Source: a virus
Direction: 5' to 3' (one strand)
IMG/VR virus record: IMGVR_UViG_3300033064_001806
Location: 32,001 to 96,000 of that record
DNA length: 64,000 nucleotides
The stretch's first letter is position 1, and each line of letters opens with the position of its first letter. The notes beneath the pieces are model-generated. The model had not been told where the DNA came from. It worked only from the letters and a program-made list of their open reading frames with translations, and did not search any database. The position numbers and the translations under genes are program-made. Positions 28,956 to 36,993 of the stretch are shown piece by piece.

Positions 28956-31655
28956 ATGAGAAGAAACATTACATACTTAAATGGTGTTACTGTTCAACAA
29001 GAAGATTTAGTACAAGATAAAAATGGTGCTATTATTTGGAATGGGATTGAATACGGTAATCCTGTTTTCTCTGGTATGCAAGCACTCAATGGAAATGGAG
29101 ATATTGTAGATGTTTATAATATAACTTTATCTTTCTGTGAAAATACAAGATGGAAAGAAGTTGATAGAGAATTTACCAAAGATGTTTTGAAATATAGACC
29201 AGTTGGATTTTATAAATATAGATTAAAATTTACATACGATAGAGAAACTGCAAGAATACGCGGCACTTCTCAAAATGTAATAGTTGAAGATTTCACAAAA
29301 GAAACTTCAAAAATATATAAAATCATGATAATAGATAACTATCGTCAATTACCGTTGGAAGAAGGAGTTCATTATACTATTGCACCAAATGGTTATGTTT
29401 GGTTTTTAGGTACTTGGCCATATCCTGAATTGAAAATAATGATTGATTGGCTTGATACCACTACAAACGAAACAAAGACCACAGAATATATAACCAATAC
29501 GATAATAGATAATGGTTATAGTGGAGCAGCAGAAAAAAGAAGTAATGTGTTTACTATTACACAAAGTGGACAATCCGTTCTGTTTAGTGAGAACTTAAAT
29601 TTTGTTGCAAGTCTTTATTCAACTCCTGGTATAAATTCAATAATTGCATCCAATCCACTTGGTATGTGGAGAGAACCACTTATATACACTATAAATGGTG
29701 GTGAGTGTTATGTGGAAGTGGGTATTGATGGTTCATTAAAATATTTAGATTCCAATAAAATAGAAACAACAGCAGAAGAAATACGGAAAAAAAGTTTATA
29801 TCGTAATCCATTTGGCACTGGATTAGATTTAACACACAAGAGTGTAAGGGAATTTGAAACTGGTGAAAACATTTCTGGTAAACCTGCAATTGGCTTATTT
29901 CAGATAGTAGAGCCGTACATTCCAGGATTAAATTTTAATATTAAAAACAAGAATTTAGCAGCAACATCTGGCATAAGAACAGTTGATGTACAACCAAAAG
30001 GTCTTGCTTTCAGAACATATTTTCCAATACCAGTAAATACACCAGACGCACCACTTCAAGTTGGTATGAGAATGTTCGTAGATAATAGAAGGATAGAAGC
30101 TGTTCCATATAGAAGGTGCTTTGAAGGACTTAGAACTGAGTATAGTTTGAATGAAGAATTCATTGTTTATTTTGAAAAGGAAGAGCCTTGTTTTTCTGAC
30201 TCAGCAGGAGCACCTGCAATGCAATTTTCTTCTAGTATTGAATTAGAAGAAGGTGTAGTTATTGATTGGGAAGGGCAAACAGTCAACAAAGAGTTACCAG
30301 ATTGTGAATGTTTACGAGTTAGAGTTATAAGAGAACCATATGAAGAGCAAAGAACAGACTGTGGATGTAGACAAGTAACACGTTCTGACATTTATGAAAT
30401 TTGTCCAGAATCAACACCACCTGCTATTTATGCTGATTATGAATCAAGAATAAGAACAGATGGTTCTACTATTTTTACAGTTCCACCAACTGGACTTACT
30501 CCGATAGTTTCAAGAGTAGAAAGAATTGAAAAATGTAAAGATAAACCATTGTTTGAAAGAACGGATTTTACTTACCATAAAATTCCAGATAGTGATATTA
30601 TAATTGGAAACATACAAAGTGTAATCGGTGGAATGTTTAGTGCAGAAGAATCAGTTGATTGCTATGTTACTAATTCAATTCAAACTGGTTCCAATGATTA
30701 TTATTATAATATTACTGGCTGTAATACGTGTGGTAGTAGTTCTTATTTTACCGTTTCTTACGGTCATTCCGAAGGTTCTGGCTCAACATATGATTCACAA
30801 TATGAATATAAATCACCAACAAAAGTAATATACAGTAAGTATAGATTAACGGCACTTGAATCACCAGAAACAAATTTTAGTTTTTATTATACAGGAAGTA
30901 TAGAAACACCAAAGGATATTTATAGTATAAATTTTTATCGTGAATCATACGGTGATAGAATAGATCCAGGTAATTTTGAAATATCATTACAAGAACTAAA
31001 TGGAACTGCTTATCCAAATATGTATTATACTGGTAGTAATGTTCAACCAAGTTCTTCAAATAAGATTATAAGTTTAGTAGATAATTCAGAATATATAAAT
31101 GAATCAAATTGCGAAGAAGATCCGTATGCTTCCTATGATTTAGTAAGTGGTTCATTGATTCGTGGAATTTACAATACAGGTACAGGTAGTATTACTACAA
31201 ATACACAATACACAACATACGGTAAAGTTTATCCAACCCTTGGTTTAATTGTATTAAATGGTAACAGATTGAATGGAGAAGTATCATTCAATAGTGTGAG
31301 TGGTAGTAACATAGATGGCGATAATTCATTAAAGATATTTACCGCAATAAGTGGTGCTGCTTCGCTTGGTTATTCAATAAGAGCTAGAAAAGTAAAAGAA
31401 CGAGGTGTATCACATTATATAGTTAGAGTACCTGCATCAGAAGCAACCTATACAAATAACCCAAGTGCCATAAATTCAATTGGTAGATTAAAATACGATT
31501 GTATGTCTGAGCAACCAATAACGTATGTTACAACCGTTGGTTTATATAATGATGATAAAGATTTAATAGCAGTTGCTAAATTTAATAAGCCTATAAAGAA
31601 AGAACACGATGATGATTTATTTATAAAAATAAAGATGGCTAAGCAAGATATATAA
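28956..31655 (+). CDS. Virion structural protein (baseplate/fibre-associated) with a Cys-rich middle
   Basis: C-terminal YVTTVGLYND..DLIAVAK...PI.K motif typical of large-phage baseplate/tail proteins; SGS motifs. Confidence 0.6.
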   Translation: MRRNITYLNGVTVQQEDLVQDKNGAIIWNGIEYGNPVFSGMQALNGNGDIVDVYNITLSFCENTRWKEVDREFTKDVLKYRPVGFYKYRLKFTYDRETARIRGTSQNVIVEDFTKETSKIYKIMIIDNYRQLPLEEGVHYTIAPNGYVWFLGTWPYPELKIMIDWLDTTTNETKTTEYITNTIIDNGYSGAAEKRSNVFTITQSGQSVLFSENLNFVASLYSTPGINSIIASNPLGMWREPLIYTINGGECYVEVGIDGSLKYLDSNKIETTAEEIRKKSLYRNPFGTGLDLTHKSVREFETGENISGKPAIGLFQIVEPYIPGLNFNIKNKNLAATSGIRTVDVQPKGLAFRTYFPIPVNTPDAPLQVGMRMFVDNRRIEAVPYRRCFEGLRTEYSLNEEFIVYFEKEEPCFSDSAGAPAMQFSSSIELEEGVVIDWEGQTVNKELPDCECLRVRVIREPYEEQRTDCGCRQVTRSDIYEICPESTPPAIYADYESRIRTDGSTIFTVPPTGLTPIVSRVERIEKCKDKPLFERTDFTYHKIPDSDIIIGNIQSVIGGMFSAEESVDCYVTNSIQTGSNDYYYNITGCNTCGSSSYFTVSYGHSEGSGSTYDSQYEYKSPTKVIYSKYRLTALESPETNFSFYYTGSIETPKDIYSINFYRESYGDRIDPGNFEISLQELNGTAYPNMYYTGSNVQPSSSNKIISLVDNSEYINESNCEEDPYASYDLVSGSLIRGIYNTGTGSITTNTQYTTYGKVYPTLGLIVLNGNRLNGEVSFNSVSGSNIDGDNSLKIFTAISGAASLGYSIRARKVKERGVSHYIVRVPASEATYTNNPSAINSIGRLKYDCMSEQPITYVTTVGLYNDDKDLIAVAKFNKPIKKEHDDDLFIKIKMAKQDI

Positions 31656-31676
31656 TGGTATCTGAAATATTTTTCG

Positions 31677-31724
31677 TATATTTGTATAAATAATAGATTT
31701 TCAACCCGTGACAATTTGTCACGG
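31677..31724 (+). promoter_or_regulatory. TATATTTG promoter element followed by a 19-bp palindrome (candidate operator)
   Basis: TATATTTG at 31677-84; ccgtgacaa-t-ttgtcacgg at 31706-24. Confidence 0.6.
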
Positions 31725-31758
31725 TTTCACTACCATCTATTTTCATTTAAGGACGAAC

Positions 31759-32016
31759 ATGATTACCATTAAACATTACACAGCCTCTTGGTGTATGCCA
31801 TGTAAACAACTTAAACCCATTATGAGTGAAATCTTACTTAAACGTCCAAATGTCAATTATAAACTTATTGATGTGGACAATAATCCAGATGAAGCATCGA
31901 TGCATGGTGTTCGTGGAGTTCCTACTGTAATATTTATGAAAGATGGGGTTGAAGTAAATAGAATTATTGGTTTGGTTTCTAAAACAAATTACGAAATGGC
32001 AATTGATAATTTATAA
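31759..32016 (+). CDS. trxA: Thioredoxin
   Basis: ASWCMPC active site, VRGVPT; ATG 31759 after aagga preferred to GTG 31708. Confidence 0.9.
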   Translation: MITIKHYTASWCMPCKQLKPIMSEILLKRPNVNYKLIDVDNNPDEASMHGVRGVPTVIFMKDGVEVNRIIGLVSKTNYEMAIDNL

Positions 32017-32025
32017 TGGTGATAT

Positions 32026-32724
32026 ATGACAGTTATAGAAGCGGTTTCTCCCGGTGACGCTTGGGTAAAAGTTTCTAAGCATTTGTTAGAAAAAGGGGAA
32101 AAAGTCGGTGAATTAATTGAAGAATTAAATGTAATGATGGAAATTACTCAATTTGAAAGTGATGATTGGTTTGATTCACACTTCAGAGAAATAATGGGTG
32201 ATGATAGAATTGATTTTGCTTCTTCGGTTACTTTCGTAGAACCTAAACATAAAAAACCAATTAACGATTTCTTTCAAGTAGAAGAAGGATTAGAATATCA
32301 GTTCATTAAAGACCATTGGCATCAGTCCTATTGGGGAAGAATGATTAGTTGGCAAGGTACGTTTAATCAAGTTGAAAACGTTATTAAGATTTTGAAACAA
32401 GGTAAAGCAGTTAAACGTTGTGAGTTAATTATATTTGACCCATCACGTGATTCACGCAATCCGTATTCTCAACCTTGTATGTTAATGATTGACTTGAAGC
32501 CACGGAATGGTAAGTTGTATTTAACTTCTGTTTTACGTTCCAATAGAGTTTCTAAAAGTGGTTACGCTGATTATTCTGCTTTAGTTAGTATGGGTAAGTT
32601 TTTAGCAAAAGAAAGTGATTTGGAATTAGGAAAGGTTAGTGTATTAGCATGTTCCTGCCACATCGGTAAGATGAACAATGAACTTAAAAAAACAAAAGAA
32701 TTATTAAACATACTCAATAAATAA
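32026..32724 (+). CDS. Thymidylate synthase-fold enzyme, atypical (candidate dCMP/dUMP C5-modifying enzyme)
   Basis: Y.GR, NQ, PC catalytic Cys, RNGKL, RSN, S.H. Carries RSNR instead of RSxD and Asp (YAD) at the TS Asn specificity position. Confidence 0.75.
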   Translation: MTVIEAVSPGDAWVKVSKHLLEKGEKVGELIEELNVMMEITQFESDDWFDSHFREIMGDDRIDFASSVTFVEPKHKKPINDFFQVEEGLEYQFIKDHWHQSYWGRMISWQGTFNQVENVIKILKQGKAVKRCELIIFDPSRDSRNPYSQPCMLMIDLKPRNGKLYLTSVLRSNRVSKSGYADYSALVSMGKFLAKESDLELGKVSVLACSCHIGKMNNELKKTKELLNILNK

Positions 32725-32725
32725 T

Positions 32726-34231
32726 ATGTGCGGTATAATAGCAACCGTCGGTTATACTAAAACTGACGTTGATAATATGTTGGAAACCATCGCTCACCGT
32801 GGTAAAGATAACCGTGGTATAAAAGAATTTTCTTGGGGCGATAGAAAAGTTATACTTGGACATAATCGTCTTGCCATTAACGATACTTCTGCCGCAGGCA
32901 ATCAACCGATGGAATGGGAAGGTATTCACTTAGTAGTTAATGGCGAAATATGGAATTATCCTGAACTAAGAAAAGAATACGAAGAAAGGGGATATAAGTT
33001 TAAATCAAATTCAGATTCAGAACTTATACTGTTTGTGTACAAAGAACAAGAATTGAAAAGACTTAACGGTATGTTTTCTTTTGTTATTTGGGATAACGGA
33101 AAGCTAATTCTTTCACGTGATTGGGTTGGTAAGTTACCACTCTATATTTTTAACAATAACACTTACATTATTGCAAGTGAAATAAAATCTATTGTTAAAC
33201 AATTACCGAACGCTGACATTAAGTTTGTACCGAAAAATTCTTTGATTGAAATTGATCTGAGTACCGATAAAATAATAGTTCATAAAGATTACTATTTTAA
33301 CTTTTCAAACGAAACAACTTCACCCGAAACACATGAAGAATGCAGTACAACAACGTACAATCTACTGGAGAACGCGGTAAGTAAAAGATTGTTATCTGAT
33401 GTACCTATTGCAACTTCGTTGTCTGGTGGGATTGATTCCGCTGTTATAACGTATTTGTTATCTACTAAAATACCAAACTTAAAAGCCTATACAATTGCTT
33501 TTGATGAAGATTCACCTGACTTGAAATATGCAAGAATAGTTGCAAAACATTTAGGTGTTCAATTGGTTGAAGTTTTAGTTCCAAGAAACGTGGAACTCTT
33601 GAAGCAAAGATTTTTAGAATCAATACGAGTTATTGAATATCCATCTACAGTTCAAATGCAAGTTGGTATTCTACAATCGTTTATAGCAGAACAAATGGCA
33701 AAGGATGGAATAAAAGTTGCGTTTAGTGGTGAAGGTTCTGATGAAGCGTATGGTTCTTATGGAATGATACGGATGTTTAGTAAGAAGCCAGACTGGTCGG
33801 ATATTAGAAAGAAATTATTTGAAAAGCAATACTATGGTAATTTATTACGCGGTAATACTGTTTTCATGTATTACGGAACAATAGAATTACGTTGCCCGTT
33901 TTTCGATATTGATTTTTTAGATTACACTACTAACTTAACGAACGAATTTTTATCTGATAAATCTCAATGGAAACTTCCACTCGCAGATGCATTTAGACCG
34001 TACTTGCCTAAAGAAGTTATTGAACAAGAGAAACGTGCTTTTCAAAAAGGTACAAACTTCAAAGGATATATTGAAGATATAATTCTAAATGATAAAGAAA
34101 TAAACTTTCGTAATAGAAAAAAGATGCTTCATGTAATTGGTGATAACTTTGAAAAGATTCATGGATTTTCACATAAGAAAATGAAGGGCGAACTTATTGG
34201 TAATAATAGTGGAATATTCAAATGGATTTAA
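32726..34231 (+). CDS. Asparagine synthetase B-like glutamine amidotransferase
   Basis: MCGI N-terminal nucleophile, HRG.D, LGHNRLAI, NGEIWNY, SDSE, LSGGIDS, SGEGSDE, ELRCPF. Confidence 0.9.
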   Translation: MCGIIATVGYTKTDVDNMLETIAHRGKDNRGIKEFSWGDRKVILGHNRLAINDTSAAGNQPMEWEGIHLVVNGEIWNYPELRKEYEERGYKFKSNSDSELILFVYKEQELKRLNGMFSFVIWDNGKLILSRDWVGKLPLYIFNNNTYIIASEIKSIVKQLPNADIKFVPKNSLIEIDLSTDKIIVHKDYYFNFSNETTSPETHEECSTTTYNLLENAVSKRLLSDVPIATSLSGGIDSAVITYLLSTKIPNLKAYTIAFDEDSPDLKYARIVAKHLGVQLVEVLVPRNVELLKQRFLESIRVIEYPSTVQMQVGILQSFIAEQMAKDGIKVAFSGEGSDEAYGSYGMIRMFSKKPDWSDIRKKLFEKQYYGNLLRGNTVFMYYGTIELRCPFFDIDFLDYTTNLTNEFLSDKSQWKLPLADAFRPYLPKEVIEQEKRAFQKGTNFKGYIEDIILNDKEINFRNRKKMLHVIGDNFEKIHGFSHKKMKGELIGNNSGIFKWI

Positions 34232-35061
34232 TACAAACACCGATTGAGGAATACGAACTCAAAGGAAAGAAAGTTTGGGTTAAACGTGATGATTTAATAG
34301 GTGATGGGATAAATTATCCAAGGTGGGCAAAGATAGAAGGAATTAAACAAATTCTAAGAAGCCCTGCTGTTGATAAAAACAAACCATTAACTCACCTTTC
34401 AGTATACGGTAGTTGGACAGGCTGGGTTTTATCTAAACTTTGTAAAGAAGAAGGTATAGAATTTATTTCTTCTTATCCAGATACAAAGAAATTCCCACCG
34501 AGTTTAATTGAAAGAGTAATGGCAAATGGTGGAAAATTAAATCCACTTAAACCAAACATAATGGCAATACTAAACAATCGTGTAAAGAAACAGGCAATAG
34601 AAAACGGGTGGCAAATGTTACCATATGCGTTCAATCATCCAATGTACATTGCACACATGGGTAGTAGAATGAAAGAAGTATTGGCGGATAATGATTTTGA
34701 CCACTTGGTTGTTTCAATGGGAAGTGGTGTAACGTGTTCTGGACTTATAAATTCATTCTTACATTATACAGATTGGCGAGATGTTGTTAGTAACAGAAGG
34801 CAAGTTCATGGTATTACAATGTCATCGATAAAATCAACAAGAAAAATATTAGAACAAAATGGAGCAGGTGGTAATAATAATATTCACATTTATAAATCAC
34901 CATTTGCTTTTGACGATATGATGTTGGATTATTCAGTACCGTTTGATTGTAATGAGTTTTGGGATAAAAAAATGTGGTTCTGGTTAGAAGAAAACATTGG
35001 GAAATTAGACGGAAAAGTATTATTTTGGAATATTGGCGGTTCATATTTACAATCGATTTAA
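34222..35061 (+). CDS. PLP-dependent fold-type II enzyme (D-cysteine desulfhydrase/ACC deaminase-like)
   Basis: TP......VWVKRDDL...AK (PLP Lys), V.SMGSGVT phosphate loop, LFWNIGG. Confidence 0.75.
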   Translation: MDLIQTPIEEYELKGKKVWVKRDDLIGDGINYPRWAKIEGIKQILRSPAVDKNKPLTHLSVYGSWTGWVLSKLCKEEGIEFISSYPDTKKFPPSLIERVMANGGKLNPLKPNIMAILNNRVKKQAIENGWQMLPYAFNHPMYIAHMGSRMKEVLADNDFDHLVVSMGSGVTCSGLINSFLHYTDWRDVVSNRRQVHGITMSSIKSTRKILEQNGAGGNNNIHIYKSPFAFDDMMLDYSVPFDCNEFWDKKMWFWLEENIGKLDGKVLFWNIGGSYLQSI

Positions 35062-35077
35062 TATAAATAAAGGAGTT

Positions 35078-35590
35078 ATGAAAATGGCACAGACGTGGCA
35101 AAGAAGATGGGATGAGAGTTTGGCTGAGGAATCATTTAAGAACAGATTAAATTTACCTATTACGTATGTAAAGTTAAGTCCAGACGCAGTTAAACCAGAA
35201 TACTCACAAGACGGTGATGCTGGTATGGATTTAACAGCGACTTCATTTAGAGTTACAGATACTTTTATGGAATTTGGAACTGGTATTGCGGTACAGATTC
35301 CAGCGAATCATGTTGGACTTTTATTTCCAAGAAGTTCAATTACAAAAGCAGCAGCAGGAGTTTCATTGAAAAATTCTGTTGGTGTTATAGATTCAAATTA
35401 TCGTGGTGAAATCCTTGTGAGATTTGAATTGCCTTATTCAGGAGCGGTGGGTGGAACTATTCCAGTTGTTGGCGATAGAGTTGCACAATTGGTTATTATT
35501 CCGTATCCAAGAGTAAAATTCGTAGAAGTAGAGAAACTATCCGATACAAACCGTGGCCAAGGTGGGTTTGGTTCAACGGATAAACAATAA
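35078..35590 (+). CDS. dut: Trimeric dUTPase
   Basis: AGMDL, PRSS, GVIDSNYRGEI, RVAQL, RGQGGFGST; start moved to the ATG after AGGAG. Confidence 0.95.
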   Translation: MKMAQTWQRRWDESLAEESFKNRLNLPITYVKLSPDAVKPEYSQDGDAGMDLTATSFRVTDTFMEFGTGIAVQIPANHVGLLFPRSSITKAAAGVSLKNSVGVIDSNYRGEILVRFELPYSGAVGGTIPVVGDRVAQLVIIPYPRVKFVEVEKLSDTNRGQGGFGSTDKQ

Positions 35591-35637
35591 ATTATATATT
35601 TATAGTAAACAAATTCGTTTACTCATAGAGAAGCATT

Positions 35638-36267
35638 ATGTCAAAACTAAGTAACATATTAAAAGAAAGTGGTTTATCGAGATTGGTTTACCACATGGAA
35701 ATGCACGATTGCGGTACAATTACAGCCTTCCGCTCTAAAGAAGGGTGTGGTTTACCTGAAGATTTACCGTATGCTCTACAAGATAACAAAAAAAGAAATG
35801 CACAATTAAAAGCAAAACTTGAAATGATGGGGTATGGAACAACAGCAGTTAAAGGTGCTTACATTGAAAACTACGGAACACCTGAAGCAATTGAAGTACG
35901 TGAAGATGTTTTCTTTGTTGTGGATTTACAAGATAAAGGAAAACTTGAAGCAGATTTAAGAAGATTGGGTGAAGAGTATATGCAAGATTCTATTTTGCTT
36001 ATACCAAGGGGCGGTGATGGTTCTATTCTAATCGGTACAAACCAGTGTTCAGATTATCCAGGATATGGAAGAACAATGCAATTCAATGATAGACAAATGG
36101 GCAAAGGTGGGCAATTCATGACAAAAGTAAAAGGCAGACCTTTTATATTTGAATCTGACTTGCTTGAACAAATTGGAAACCATAACTATTATAGTGTTGC
36201 AAACAACATGGGTAAGTGGGCAATGAAAACTATTGCAAATAAAAATTGGAAAGATATACAAATTTAA
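35638..36267 (+). CDS. Putative SAM lyase (T3 SAMase-like) with an L-K-E head-protein-type leader
   Basis: TAFRS...N..RN...G.Y.E...(R)E...QDSIL parallels the T3 SAMase pattern SAFRS...N..RH...GCYRE...EE...QDCVL (recalled, not searched). Confidence 0.6.
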   Translation: MSKLSNILKESGLSRLVYHMEMHDCGTITAFRSKEGCGLPEDLPYALQDNKKRNAQLKAKLEMMGYGTTAVKGAYIENYGTPEAIEVREDVFFVVDLQDKGKLEADLRRLGEEYMQDSILLIPRGGDGSILIGTNQCSDYPGYGRTMQFNDRQMGKGGQFMTKVKGRPFIFESDLLEQIGNHNYYSVANNMGKWAMKTIANKNWKDIQI

Positions 36268-36289
36268 TTTTAATATTAAAGGTATTACT

Positions 36290-36574
36290 ATGAGTCGTTC
36301 ATATAGAAAAACTTCCATAATTGGAAATGCTGGTTCTTCTGAAAAAATGGATAAAATTATAGCACATCGTAAGAGTAGAAAACATATTAAAGACCATATT
36401 ACAGCAACACATTGTAATTTAGAATTGTTAGAAGAAATAATGATGCCAAAAGACGATTATTTTTCTAATCCTTGGAATTCATCGAAAGATGGAAAAACTT
36501 ATTGGGATATAACTGAAAATGAAAATGATGAAGATTGGCTAAAAAAATTAAAGAAAAAAATCATGAGGAAGTAA
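36290..36574 (+). CDS. Small basic hypothetical protein
   Basis: MSRSYRK...DK..A.RK.R...W...KDGK.YW; ATG 36290 preferred. Confidence 0.55.
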   Translation: MSRSYRKTSIIGNAGSSEKMDKIIAHRKSRKHIKDHITATHCNLELLEEIMMPKDDYFSNPWNSSKDGKTYWDITENENDEDWLKKLKKKIMRK

Positions 36575-36579
36575 TTGTT

Positions 36580-36879
36580 ATGGAAGTTTTATTAGTAGAA
36601 CCGAAAACAAATAAGTTTACTGCTTATTTGTATGATGGTACAACCGCAGCAGCAAATGAAGCATGCTTAAAGTGGCCATGTGTTATGACTGCAAGTAACA
36701 GTTATAAAGATAAATGGGTTTTGAAGTTTGAAGCATCGAGGGAAGAGTGCTTACCTGGTCAATATATTGTTAACGAAAGTAGAGGGTATTCCATTTATTC
36801 ACAAAAGCAATTCTTAGAAAAGTACGAAGTGGTTTACGATAACCGAAATAAAATTGGTAACTTTTTAGCAGAAGATTAA
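36580..36879 (+). CDS. Small phage protein of the 'A...DG...G.YIV......F...YE' type
   Basis: PGQYIV...YS...F.EKYE pattern; ATG 36580 preferred. Confidence 0.5.
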   Translation: MEVLLVEPKTNKFTAYLYDGTTAAANEACLKWPCVMTASNSYKDKWVLKFEASREECLPGQYIVNESRGYSIYSQKQFLEKYEVVYDNRNKIGNFLAED

Positions 36880-36891
36880 TATAGGAATGTT

Positions 36892-36993
36892 ATGTATTTA
36901 GATTACTTTGACAAGTTCAAAGGAATGAGTCCTTACCTTGCGATTGATAAAGCAAAATTTGCAGAACCAATGTGGATATTCAAAAAGGCATAA
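36892..36993 (+). pseudogene. 33-aa micro-ORF, likely internally deleted methyltransferase-like gene
   Basis: MYLDYFDKFKGMSPYLAIDKAKFAEPMWIFKKA; the C-terminus matches the EPIFIFRK / EPAFIFIK ends of the two downstream MTases; stop abuts the PolB ATG. Confidence 0.55.

Noticed and set aside
32026-32724. Calling the TS-fold gene canonical thyA
   Set aside because: It lacks PCH, RSxD and the Asn specificity residue, so no gene symbol was assigned.
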